A stretch of 63,365 nt of DNA, filler included, from Saprolegnia diclina VS20 (GCF_000281045.1; 5 parts of 2 records of this genome joined end to end with filler, not necessarily neighbours in it); one strand, 5' to 3'. Counted from the whole stretch's first letter, positions 36,570 through 48,860 are shown. Numbers and translations are program-made. The notes: generated by a model from the sequence alone, not told the origin.

Positions 36570-38316
36570 ATGGCCACGTCACCTCGTGTCCAACCCGTGG
36601 ACCCAAAGAACGTCCCGATCCCCGCGACGCCCAAGGTGGCGCCAACCTACCGTCGTGGCAGCACGGACGCCTCGATGGGTGCTTTCGATGACCCGGACGC
36701 GACGGTCACGTTGACGCTCGGGCAGATGGACGACCTTTTCAACAAGTTCATCACCAACAACCAGTGGCTCGGTGCGGCAGCCCGGACGCGCAGCCTCGCG
36801 CAACAACTGCCGCCGGTCGAGTTCCATCATTTCACTCACCTTGCGCCCGAATCCGTCGAGCAGAACCGCCCGGCACCGGACGGCCCTGGGCAATACGCCA
36901 AGACCATGCCTGAGGGTTTCTCGCAAATCGTCACGGCAGACGACATCAAGGCACCGTTCCTCAACTCGAGCGACACCGCGAAAATGAAGGCTTTCTGGCT
37001 CGAGTGGCGCCGCTACGAAGACGCGATCCAAGAGCGGTTCAACCAGTTCGGCGGTCAAGTAGCCATACAGCGGCGCGTGTTGCGCTATTGTGTGGACAAC
37101 AACACGCTTCGGACGATGCTGCGCTACCGCTGGGGCCAAGGCAACCGGGACCTCGACTCAGTCCCGGACGACGAGCTCTATGCGTTCTTCAAGACCGACT
37201 GCGAGCGCGTGAAGACCAACGTTGCGGACTTCTTTGCGCGTGTGCGTCGGGAACTTCGGTGCGACGAGACGATTCGCAACGGCGAGTCTCGTGCCCTTGT
37301 ACTGATCGAACAATACGCACGCATCTGCGACGAATCGGGCTTCCACAGTACCACAGTACCACGACGTGGAGCCCGAATCGGCCCGCAACCACATCATCCA
37401 CGCGGTGCGGCCCGAATACCTCCAGTCGTATTTGCGTCAAGAGATCAACTTCTCCAAGAAGCGCTACAAGCGGTGGGACGACTTTGTGGGTCTTCTCATC
37501 GACACATTTGGAGCCTACACCCGCTTCGACAACTTCAAGAAGCCCTCCGCCGGCACGCCTCCCGCCGGCGACACCGCGCCCACTGGCGTGACGAAGGACA
37601 AGGACAAGGTGCACAAGAAGCAAGGCTCGAAGACCGACGTTGGTGGTGCCAAGGTGCCTGGTGGCGCTGCGACAACCAAGAAGGCGCCCACCGGCGACTC
37701 CAAGCCCAAGCATCCGTGCCTCAAGTGCAAGGCTGTGGACCACAACGTCTGGAAGTGCCCGCTCATCCCGGACAACGACGCCGGCGTAGCGGAAAAGAAG
37801 ACCCTCCTCAAGGCCTTCTACGACCAGCAGCGTGCGACCCCGACGACGCCTCCGATCCCCCGCAACAACATGATCCAGTCTGCGGAAGATAGCCTCGTCC
37901 CAGCCACTGAACAACCACCCCGCGATCTCTTGTCTGGCGCCCTGGCCGGGCCAGTGTCGGTCCCTATCTCGGTGCAACTCGATTCGGGCGCCGACATGAC
38001 GGTCGTCACGCGGGCGTGGGTGGACAAGGCTCTACTGGCCGGAAGCGACGTCAAGCCGACGGTTTTGGCGGTCTCGCAACGTGTACTGACATTCACGGGC
38101 CAAGTGTCAACGATCTCGGAGAAGGTCGTGCTTGACCTCATCTTGCCCGCTGGCAGCAGCTCGCTCAAGCTCCAATCGCTCCCCTGCATGATCCAAGAGG
38201 ACGAGCTGCCCGACTATTGCGGCGATCTTCTGGTGTCTCGTCATGTGATGCACCAACTCGGCTACGACCCGACGTCTCTCCTCCAGAAGGCTGGCGAGAT
38301 CCGTAATGCGCCTTAA
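36570..38316 (+). mobile_element. Ty3/gypsy gag-protease, frameshifted near 37343-37362 and truncated before RT
   Basis: Zinc knuckle CLKCKAVDHNVWKC (CX2CX4HX4C) and aspartic protease LDSGAD. The reading frame changes at a ccacagta duplication. Confidence 0.85.
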
Positions 38317-38477
38317 ATACGCTAAAATGCCACGCCATCCCGGGGTTCGAAGTGGGTGACTCAACCCACTCATAAGCACTCACTCAACAAGGTGCCTGAG
38401 TGAATAGCGATTCACTCTGAGTGAATCGACTCATGAGTCGGTAACGCGACTCAACTGGTATTCACTCACCATCCCTG

Positions 38478-38615
38478 ACGCCAAGCCTTCGGAACGTATT
38501 AAGTACGCCAACTCAATTTTTCATCTCGAGCTTTGTATATTACTCAATAGTAACTTGGTATGCGTGGCATGCGCACTTTATCGAGTTGGTCAACCTGCAC
38601 TTGAGAGGATTCCTG
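38478..38615 (+). repeat. Right flank of insertion, duplicated at 40422-40559
   Basis: acgccaag...gagaggattcctg, with a few substitutions. Confidence 0.95.
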
Positions 38616-38715
38616 NNNNNNNNNNNNNNNNNNNNNNNNNNNNNNNNNNNNNNNNNNNNNNNNNNNNNNNNNNNNNNNNNNNNNNNNNNNNNNNNNNNNN
38701 NNNNNNNNNNNNNNN

Positions 38716-39392
38716 ACAGCGAGACGATTTCGTTGCCGGGCAAGACCACCGTCGCGCTCACGATGACGCTGAAGAGCCCGGTTGGCGGCTCGTACACCAA
38801 CGCGACGTCGGTTGGCGGCTCGCACACCAACGCGACGTCGTTTGCCGCCAAGGTTAAAGTCTTTGGGACCAAGAAGATTTCCTTCAAGAACGGCGACGGG
38901 CCGTACCATGTTCCCAAAGCCAGCGACGAGGAAGCGGGCTGGAACCGTCGCACGACCGACGCTGCGTACGACGGTGACGACGCTGGTAGCACGAATGACT
39001 CGAACAACGAGTACTTTAACAACGACGGCAACGATGGCGACAAGGGTGGCAACGGTGCCGACGTCGGGACCGACAACGACAATGAAAGCGGCAACGGTGA
39101 CTACAACCCGGGCAATGGAGACGACATGGAAGGCCACGACGTTGAAGGCGACAACAACGGCAGCAGCAACGAGAACGACAACGAAAAGGCGACCAAGGAC
39201 TACCTTCTCAAAGACTTTCTCTTCAACGTGGCGTTCTCCAACTCCACGTCGGTGCGCAAGGACCTCAGTGTGCCAGCGCCACCGACGCGCCTCGAGTTTT
39301 CCCTCTTTGCGAATGCGCAAGCCAAAGCGCCGCTGTGCTCGACGACGATCCAGTGCCCGGGCAAGTCGTACCCCAAGCGTCTTCGCCAATAG
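38716..39392 (+). CDS. Hypothetical protein, 5'-partial, with D/N/G-rich linker
   Basis: Open frame from the gap with coding-like codon usage and a 30-bp tandem repeat at 38781-38840. Confidence 0.5.
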
Positions 39393-40646
39393 CCAATCCA
39401 CTACCCATTCGATAATGCACCACAGTATTTTGTCTAATCCCTGTGCAAGTACACGTTGTCCATATCTTGGAGAAGAGCTATAAGACGACGGTCTGTCATT
39501 TGTCATTGGTTGAGCTCGAAGCAGTCGAACGCAAAGACACTTGACTGTAAATTTGGCCAAACACTCTTCACTAATGACCAAGCTATCGACGTAGAGGCTA
39601 ATCAAAGGATATTTGATGCCCTTTGCACAATTGATGCACATCGTCTGGGCTTCTTATTGGCAGCTAAAGCGCGTCTGTGAATCATGTAGGTTGCGTTGCT
39701 TTGAGGGTCCGCCTCTGTAGTACTATTGGGCGCTCACTTGTCGACCCAGTCGGTGTTTGTTGCGACGAACTCAAAGCGATGCGACAACACCGGGACATGC
39801 GTCGTCGTGCGCCAGCGGTGGCTACGACAGCCTTGTCCACGACCGACCACGACAAGGCCGCCGACAAAACCGAAGCTCAGAGTCGGGTGGGTGCTCCGAC
39901 GTTTCGCGTTCTGGTCGCGTCGGTCGAGCTAGGATTTTCGATGGCCGAGCTCGACAACATCGTGCCGCCGTAGTTGCTGTATCATCAGACGACTATTGTA
40001 TAGTGCGCAATCTGACTGTTATGTGACGACGTTGGCGGTAGCCACCACCCAGTGAGCTCGACCAAACCTAGTCCTACCCTACCCCCATATATTGTGTGGT
40101 AGTCAAGCAATGCCAAGGGCATTGACCCATGGCATTACCAAGGTCTTTGCAGCAAAGTGTCGAGTACAAAACAACAAAATAGATTGCTAAAGCGAATTGC
40201 GCATCGCACGACCATTACATGCTACGTAGCGCGAGGTACGATCTGCAAAAGAGCGTCGTCTAAGGGCAGCTCGCAGTACTGTCGGCATCACAAATGCGTC
40301 TCTACGTTGTCGTTATCATAAATGGCTGCGCACTCACGACCTTATGTACGCCGGTGAAGTCTTGGTAGCATTGAGCATCACATTTCACCCGCCCTTATAA
40401 GGGTCCAAATGTGAGAGAGAGACGCCAAGACTTCGGAACGCATTAAGTACGCCATCTCAAATTTTCATCTCGAACTTTGTATATTACTCAATAGTAATTT
40501 GGTATGCGTGGCATGCGCACTTTATCGAGTTGGTCAACCTGCACTTGAGAGGATTCCTGCGCTTGGAGCTTGCCACGATTTGCGAAATTAAAAAATACTT
40601 GCGCCGAGTTGAATCATTTCGAAATCAGCACCGCAGGAAGAGGGAC

Positions 40647-42498
40647 ATGCCGCACCTCGCCGCCCATGTCCTCCGCGCGCCGAGCCTGCTCAAGCGTATC
40701 TGCACCTTCCACATCGACGCATCGGCCAAGGCGCCGGCTCTACCACAGCGCTGTTGCAGCATCCGCCTGCGCAGCACCTACAAGCTTGACGACGACGGCA
40801 ACGACGACGTTGCAGTGAACGGCCAGCGCGGCTCCATGTGGTCTCTCGTCCTCGGCGACCGATGTCTGCCATTGCTCTGTGAGCCGCACCTCTTTGCGCA
40901 CGCGATTGCGCGCGGCGACGCCAACATCCTCGGCTGGCTCATCTCCCAAGGACGCGTAGCGTGGACGAAGGAGCTCCTCATGTTCACCACCGACGAGCGT
41001 TATGCATGCCCCGGCGCTAAACACGATCTTGGCGGCGCGATGACGATGCGAGCGCTCCACTGCGTCGCCCGTGCGGCAGAGAAAGGTCATCTTGCAGTCT
41101 TGCAGCTCCTTCACGCGAATGGCTCTTCCATGGGCGACGTCTGGCAGTTCGTTTGCAGTGGCGGCCACGTCAACGTCGCTCGCTACGTTGTGACACATGA
41201 TCTTGGTGTTTGGAACGACGCGTTCATTAACACAGTGGCCGAGAAGAGCCTTGTTGATCTGCTGCACTTCCTCCTCCGCCGTAGTTACGGTGGCGTCAAT
41301 CAACGGACGCTTGCGCTGGCCATCCAGCACAACCAGCTCCAGTCCGTCCGCGATCTCTTCGCACACAAGCATTGCCTCGCGCCGCTCTCGTTTGAAGATG
41401 CGCTGCGGGATGCAGTTGAGTACGACCGGCTCGACATTCTTCGCTGGCTCTGCAACCAAGCGCGACGCACGTGCCTTCTTGGACGTGGCGCTGGCAACGG
41501 CGACGTACTACTGCGCGTCGGCTGCTGTCGCATGCATCAATGCCGTCATGAGCCTGCACGCCAGCAAGCAGCGTATCCGCTCCGTGTTGCTGTCCAAGGT
41601 CTTCTTGAAGTGCATCACTTCGCACCAAGATGGTCGCGACATCAGCACCGTCGCCTTGCACAAACTTTGCGACGGCGTAGCTCTCTACTGCAGCGAGCAG
41701 CAGAGCCGATGCGTGCCAGAGATGCAGTCGTTTGCTCTCTTCCACGAGCAATTTGGTGGCTGGCTGGCTCGGCATGATCTCTCGCAGCTCGACCAGCTCT
41801 GCCAACCCCACCTCTTTGCGTATGCCTTGTCGTACGGCAACATGGAGATCCTCGAGGAGCTTGATGTCGAGTTTCGAGCGTCGCACCAGCACGTCCAGCT
41901 CAACGGACTTGGCTGCCGTCCGTGCTGCGTGGGCCAACTCGACAAGCTCACATATCAAAATGTGGTGCAGCACGCGACCGAGTCGGGCCACTTCGACCTC
42001 CTCGCCCACTTGGAAGACGTCGGCTTTGCGATGGACGACGTGTGGTATCGCGTGAGCTTCTTTGGCGATCTCGAAATCGCGCGCTACGCCCACGAGTGCG
42101 AGTTTGACGGGTGGTTGCCAAGATACGTCTACAACGCCGCTGCCAGTGGCCACCTCGGCTTGATCAAGTTCTTGGACAAGCACCACTTCAGCGGCTTTGA
42201 CTCTGAGACGATCTGCGGCGCGGTGCACAGTGGTAATTTGGCGCTCGTCGACTACCTCTTGACGCACCGGACCGAAGGCACACTGCGCAAGGCCCTCAAG
42301 ACGGCAGCCGAGACAGCCAACCTCAAGATGCTTTGTCATTTGGTCGGCCGACCGGGCGTGAGCTGTGCAGAATGGCGAGCGTACGTCACGCGGAGCCATG
42401 CGTGTGCTGCGTACCTCACCGACGTCATGCGCGTGCGTACGTCGCGTACCCGCATCTACAAGCAGAGCCTCAAGCGCAAGGCGTCCGAGATGACGTGA
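40647..42498 (+). CDS. Ankyrin-repeat protein with two tandem modules; apparent frameshift near 41460
   Basis: AAEKGHLAVLQLL, AAASGHLGLIKFL and AVHSGNLALVDYL repeats. The coding signal switches frame with no evident intron. Confidence 0.75.
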
Positions 42499-42695
42499 AC
42501 TGCGATGCCTTCGTGTTGTCGTTTTACTCGACCGCATTCAATTCTAAGTCACTATACGTTTATGAACGTCGTCTGTATATAGTAACAACTGACGTCGCTG
42601 GGATTAGGGTAAGGTCTGTCGCAGCCGCCAGTGAATGAAGGCACTAATAAGTGATGGTTAAATCAGGTAAAGTGCTTCGATAGGTTTAGCGCTTC

Positions 42696-43517
42696 TTACA
42701 ATGCGATCAAGCTACTCGCACGGTACGAACCCGCCTCGTCGGTTGTCGAGGCGGCCGACGAGAGCATTTTGGAACTGCTCGAGGGCGACAACTGCAGCGT
42801 CTCGTATCCGCTTCCGGGCGCGTCCTCGTGGCTGCTAATCGTGCTCTGAGATGTCGCCCAGTTGTCGACCCAGTCGTCCGTCGTTGCAAACTCGCCTCGA
42901 AGCGACGGCGCACGGACAAGGGTGCACCAGCGGTAGCGCTCCGGTACCGCCGGCAACGACGCTCGACTTTGGCGGTACAAGTGCCACGCAAAAGCACCGG
43001 CGCCAATCGCCGCTGCCACCGACACGACCAGGCCGCCGACAAGCACGCAGCTCAGAGACGAGTAGGCTTTGCTCGGAAGTGTCGTAGCTGGGATCGTGAC
43101 GTTGGAGTTGGTCGCGTTGGTGGCATTTCCTACGTCCGAGCACGCCCACGTAGTGCTGCAGAGGGCGTTGTTGGCAGACGACAGCGTCAGGCGGACGTGC
43201 GTCGGTGGTGTCGACAGTGAAAACTCAAAGTGCTGCGGCGTTGCATTGGTCGCCGCTGCTAAAAGCACGCGGACACTTGCAAGAACGTCCGAGTCGTTGC
43301 CACCGAGTGCGAGAACCGACGCCTCGATCGGGTCGTACGCCGAAGCGTTGAAAAGTGTCAGGTCGAGAGCAACGGTCGTCTGCTGCGGTAGCACAATCGT
43401 CTCGGGGGTGGGCGCATTGCACGTCGCCTCAACTTGAACGACACTCGAGTCCCAAGCACACGTGGCCGAGTCAGCGAGAAGCCGTACCGCCATGAGCAGT
43501 GCCACCAGAAGGTACAT
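42696..43517 (-). CDS. Single-pass type I membrane protein
   Basis: Signal-like MYLLVALLMAVRLLA, N-glycosylation sequons, TM segment VLVGGLVVSVAAAIGAGAFAW and a Ser-rich tail. Confidence 0.7.
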   Translation of the reverse strand: MYLLVALLMAVRLLADSATCAWDSSVVQVEATCNAPTPETIVLPQQTTVALDLTLFNASAYDPIEASVLALGGNDSDVLASVRVLLAAATNATPQHFEFSLSTPPTHVRLTLSSANNALCSTTWACSDVGNATNATNSNVTIPATTLPSKAYSSLSCVLVGGLVVSVAAAIGAGAFAWHLYRQSRASLPAVPERYRWCTLVRAPSLRGEFATTDDWVDNWATSQSTISSHEDAPGSGYETLQLSPSSSSKMLSSAASTTDEAGSYRASSLIAL

Positions 43518-43629
43518 GCTGCGTAGATAGTATCTGCTCGGCGCAAGGCTAGATAAGGAATGGCGATTCAGAGAATTTGAAAAGAAGTATGTTGGGTTTA
43601 TTGAGAGACGAGACAATCTCTGTCGCATT

Positions 43630-43901
43630 TTATCTCGTGAGGAAAAAGGCCGCGGCGCCCAGTAGTAAGAAGAGGGCGAGTGCGCCACCAGCGACGAGAG
43701 CGTTCGTGTTGGACGCCGGGTGGTCTTTGAAAGCTACGTATTCCTACATAAGCTTCGATCATGAGCGGAGAGATGTGTACTGTTCTTCTCGATCGCGTAG
43801 CGCGAGCGCAGCTGTCCGGCGCTGAGTTCCGAGTCGCGGACCGTGCCGCCGCGGCCGTAGCGTGTGCGAAGCTCCGAGGCGGGCAAGGCGTCGTCGGCCA
43901 T
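43630..43901 (-). CDS. 74-aa tail-anchored microprotein (intron 43734-43780)
   Basis: A 47-nt GTAC..TAG intron gives a 225-nt CDS ending in a hydrophobic helix plus TR*. Confidence 0.75.
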
Positions 43902-44357
43902 GGCTGAGGCAAGTTGCAGAATGAGCCGTTGGAGAAGCGAGCATGAGCCTAAAGATAGCAGCCATGAACCCGCCCGTGCAACCACCATGCTATTTCAGGC
44001 TTCATGCTGGCGCTTGTCCACCCCAAGGAGGCCACCGAATGAAGCCCCCTGGCTGGCTCCTCTGCAACGAAACTTGTGGAAAGAACGCGGTTTACGCTGA
44101 AATGTCCAAGTCACAGGGCCCCCCAAATGGCCTTCGTAGTCGGGAGAATTGGGCTAGTGAGGAGTCCTGACGCCAACAAATAGACCATGGATGACTATGC
44201 ATTCAGGTATTTCAGCAATCTACGACAGCATATTCCTCTCTGCGGTAGCCCATGAGTGTTCCTCGACACCTTTTCTTGGAACCTGTCGAGTGTATCTCCG
44301 TCACCTGCCTGGCGCTCTGTATACAGAGCGATTACTGCAAATAAGACGATGATTTTC

Positions 44358-46289
44358 TTAGCGTAGTTGCATGCGCAGCTGGTTGATGGCTTTATCCAGT
44401 CCAAAAAGACTCGACTCGATGTTGGACTTGCGTCTGCGCGCGTCGATCGTTCTCGAGGCGGACTGTTCGAGCTTGGCGTACTCGGCCTGGAGCTGCTCCC
44501 ATTGCATTCTTCCATCGCAGAGCGTAGACGTCGTACCTGCTCTTTTTCAAGGTTGAGATCGAGGAGCTTTCGCTCCAGTTGCCGCTTGTACATGACGTCG
44601 TTCTGGAGCGACTGCTTCTCGGTCGCGTAGGGTGCACTGAGCTCCATATCGATCACGCTGCGGTGGCGCATGTCCCCACTCTCCTCCGCACTGCTTTGAT
44701 AATGGAGCAAGTTGCGAATGTTGCTCGAGCCATTCAGCTCGACTTTGCTCATAGAGGCTACGCGAATCTGTCGTTTCCGATGATAAACATCGTAGGACTA
44801 CCTGCTGTCGTTGGCATCGAACGCCGGGTATCACCGTAGCCAAGGTCCGCTAGCGACACGGGGCCGCTGCGTCGCGTCGCGCGCTCTTTTGTCGGTGACG
44901 TCGTCGGGCGCGCCTCGGCCAGTAACTGGTTGTAGGACTCGACAATAGCACTTGGGCGCCGCTCTGTCTCTGGAAAATACACTGTAAGTTGCCACAGTGT
45001 TTGAAATAAAAGTGGATGGCACCTGGAAATCCGTGTCCGTTCAAGTCGGGTATGCGAATTGCGTTCGGGAAGAGCGTCGACTCGACATAGGTTGGTTCCC
45101 GACTCGAAGGTGGCGGACCTATATCGTCACGCCGGTCGAAGTTGCGTTGCTGCGCTTGGAGTCGTTCGAGCTGCTGCGAATGGTGGGTATCTCTGGCCGC
45201 AACGTCGGCCTGGTGCCGAGCATGCATCTAGAAATGCAATGTAGTTTTGAATCTGACAAGAGTCGGCTACGGCAGATGTCTGGCGCAGCTGCTGAAGCAG
45301 ATCATCTCGCTCTTGCGTCAGCAACGCGATCTGGTTGGTCGTGCGCCACGTCTCGGTGTTTTGGCTCTGGCTTCGCTGCAGCTGCGTGAGCTCGTAGACC
45401 ACTTTGGTGTAGTCTTTTCGGACGCGCTCGAGCTCGGTCGATGTGGTCGCCAACGTCGCCTTGCACTCGTCGAGTGCAAACTGGACGCTTTCGAGCTTGG
45501 TTCGTGCCGTCGCCAGCTCCGTGGTTTTGGCTGTCAGTGCGTCAGCGTCATTGCTGACCCTGCGCTCCGTGTCGTTTAGCGTCTGTCGCAGTGTTAAGAG
45601 CTGGGCCTAATCGTGCATGGAAGTAACAGCATCCAGCCGACACAAGGCCAACCTCGAGCATCGTCACGCGCTTCTTGTCACTGGCCGCGTCCGTCTTGAC
45701 CGACTGCAGCTATGTTTCGTCGTCTAAGCTTTGCGATGCAGATATGCTGATTGTCACGTACCTCGGCTACCTTGGTCACTAGCGCCGCCTCGATGTGGAT
45801 GACCTTCTCCTCCAGCGACGCCATGTCCCGCGCAGTAGTTTGCCGAGCATCTTCGCCTTGGCGCAGTAGCGTCTCGACTTGGGACTCGAGTGCCAGCGCT
45901 TTTGTCTTCCAGGCAGTAAGCTCTTTCTCCAGCACTGCGCGGTCAAAGCTCGACTCTTCACGCTCGCGAAGAACCGTCGGCGGCGGCGGCGCCATGGTCG
46001 AGCGAGGACGAGGCAGCAACGATGGCGCACTCGACTCGATTGAAGGCGAGCGTTCTGGGTAGACCCACTGCGAGCTGCAAGACAGTTCTGCCTCGAGCGG
46101 TGCCCGTGCGCTCGGTGGCCGCACGCGGCGCGCGGCTTCGGCCTGCCGGACCGCTTCGGCTGCCGCAGCAAACGGGTCATAGCGCCGGACGGGCTTATAC
46201 TCGCTTACGCAGAGACTCTTCCAGGACAGGCGGTCATCGTCGTCATCGTCGCCTTCGCTCCACGGCGCGTCCCACTCTGAAAAGGCCAT
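44358..46289 (-). CDS. Multi-exon coiled-coil protein (possibly centrosomal/ciliary; C-terminus reminiscent of MPHOSPH9)
   Basis: Heptad-rich exons. The spliced C-terminus reads LERKLLDLNLEKEQLQAEYAKL...RTIDARRRKSNIE...LDKAINQLRMQLR*. Confidence 0.65.
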
Positions 46290-46399
46290 GGCCACGCGTG
46301 ACGGTTCAAGATCCAGCGCCGCCACTGTCTGAGGAAAACACTGTTTTAAACAGAATGTAATATTGCGTGCGCCTAGCCTCTTCGATCTTTTGACCAAGC

Positions 46400-47252
46400 A
46401 TGTTGGCGTCACCGCGCTGGTCGCAGCACCAGCCGACGTCGTCGGTCTTCATCTGGACAAGCGAGAAGGACGCTGCGCTTGACGACCAAGTGGCTAGCAG
46501 CATCCGCGAGAGCCTCGAGGCCACCGACGACGTGGACGACGAGCTCGTCCGCGAGATCTACGCGGCGCGGTTCCCGCTCGGCGTCAACTGGAAGGCGATC
46601 GCGATTGCCCTCGGCTGCACGCCCGTCGAGTGCGTCCGCCGGTACGCTGAGCTCAAGACGACAACTGTGCACGTCTCGCAGTATTCCGCAGCGGCGCACG
46701 TTTTGCACTCGCCACGCCTTGGCAACCTGAGCTCGCCCGTGCTGCCAGGGAGCCCGCTTCTGTCGCCGCCGCCGTTCGCGCTCCAGAGTCGCAACAGTCC
46801 GTTCAAGTGGACAGCGCCGCCAAAGCCCTCGGCGCCCGTGTACGGCGACGTCGACGCCATCGATGAAGCGCTGGACGCGATGGACTTGGACGACCTCCGG
46901 GCTGCCGTCGCTGACGCCGACGCTCATCCATTCGATACATCGGGTACCATCCTTCTTCGCATGCTTGGCGCCTCGACGATTCTCATGTGGTAGCCTCAAT
47001 TGACTTGCTGAGCCACTCGGCCCTCGCTGACGCGTTCTTGGACATTGCAGGTCGCTTAAAACGACAACACGGCCGAGGCGCTCATGTATATTTGCTGCTG
47101 TAGGCTCCCGCCTCGACGCCCCAAGGTGCACACCATCAACAAGGGTGTCACATCAACCTCATAATCGCGTAGCATGCTTCTCCAGAGCCGCCTCGCCAAG
47201 CACGGAACGCAATAACGTCATGCGCTTTACATATCTAGCATCTACCCTGTGA
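46400..47252 (+). CDS. Small Myb/SANT-like domain protein (3' exon structure tentative)
   Basis: WTSEKDAAL...NWKAIAIALGCTPVECVRRY, followed by an SP-rich region and two short candidate introns. Confidence 0.6.
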
Positions 47253-47884
47253 ATGCACGGGATGTATGCAAGCCTGTATGCAATAATTAAACAGAGGCGC
47301 ATAAGCGACGCCGAACGCGAAAGCAGCTCCAAGCACCAAACACGACAAGTAGTGGGGGTGTGCGATACTAGTCTAGGCTGGTATTTCGCAATACTGTCGG
47401 GTCGCTTCACATCGCTAACAAGGTCCAAGCGCACCGCTCGTTCAAACCGTGTGCAAGGCGTTCGATGGCTCGTGGACTGGAAATCGTTCGGTAGTTATGC
47501 ACTAGGTATGTGGCGCTGGATCAAACGTACTAGAAAATCATCTGTGTTGTTGTTGGGCGACAAGCCTGTACTAGGCAAGTCGTCCCACGGGTCGGCGTCC
47601 TTGTCAGAGTCCCTTGAGTAATAGAGCGCCATTGCGAGATCGTTGGTGAGGATTTCGCTGATTTCACCAGCGTCGTGGCCATCGTCGTCCAGGCCATCAC
47701 TGGAAGCGTCTTGGACGCGCGCGTTCGTGGTGGTTGCTGCTGCTATGTCGTCGCGGACACGGTGCTCGCGTCGTTGCGGGAACAAACGGTGGCGAGTCCA
47801 TATCAAGTTCCGAGGTAAGCAGCTGCGTGATCCCGTCGGAAGCCGACGGACGTGACGACGCGAATTCGCGATCGCGGTTCCGCT

Positions 47885-48860
47885 GCTACACTTCGCGGTG
47901 CTTGACTGCTGCTTGAACGGCGCACTCTACGGGGCCATAGACGTTTCGGTGCGTGGCCTTCTGGACTTTGACGCAGTTGTCCGCCTCGCGCTGCTTGTTG
48001 ACACCGCAATGTCGATCAATGGTGTTGCAGTCGGTGCCGGGACTGCAACGTTGTAGAGCAGGTCCCTTGTTCCGCCCGTATCAACTGCGGTACTGCCGCG
48101 CCGTGCGATCCCCTCCACCTTTTCGACCGTCGTCGCCATGGACTCTTGCGCGGTTTGTGCCACCATATCGGCAACGCTGGGCTCTTGGCCAGACGCCACG
48201 TCGATTCGGCTCTTCTGCTTCCATGGCCCGCGCTTGTGCTTTTGCTGCTCGGCTTCGTCACAGAGTATGCTTGCGGCTTGCACGAGGCGCCTGACGATGA
48301 GCGAGATGGTGTCCTTCGTGGGCTTCTTGGCTCCGCTGCACTTGTCCGTCGCAAATTTCTGGTTGACCTCGAGCGCGACGTCGGCCCACTCCATGGAAGC
48401 GGGCTTGGGTACCGCAACATGATACAACAGGTCTAATACTTCCGCGCTCCACCCGTAATCTCGGCTGTACTGTCGCACTGCACGATCCCAGAAGACCTTC
48501 TCGATCGCTTTTGCCATCGTCGTGCTCGCTTTCGAAGCGAGTGCCGCCGCTGGGATGACTTGGAGTGGCACGCATGGAGGAGACGTCGCAGGGACAGCCC
48601 CAAAGGTCGCTCGTTGATGCGCGCGGATGCTGGAGCCGAGGAACGTGGCGCTGCCAACTCTCGCTCACATACACGCTGCTGCACCTCGCGGTGTTTGATT
48701 GCCTTCTCCACAAGGCGTCCGACGATTTGCGGCATGTGTTACCCCGTGGCCTTCTTGGCATTCTTGACATTGAGGCACTTCTCCATCCCGAGCTGCTGGT
48801 TGATCACATACGCGATGTCGACCCACGATGTCCCATCAGACCTTGGCACGCTGTGGCTCG
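47885..48860 (-). pseudogene. Decayed gene with three tandem copies of a Myb/SANT-like module
   Basis: VP....W.D.A..(V/I)N.......C...KK.T recurs three times. There is a stop at 48739-48741 and frameshifts in the last copy. Confidence 0.6.

Larger units (their letters stand above)
35252..38477 (-). mobile_element. Internally deleted (non-autonomous) hAT DNA transposon carrying a nested gypsy fragment
   Basis: The terminus at 38477 reads CAGGGATG (Ac-like TIR) with GAGTGA/GACTC subterminal repeats at 38355-38470 and 35263-35290. A BED finger and a hAT ERVFS motif lie inside. The block is absent from the empty-site copy. Confidence 0.85.
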
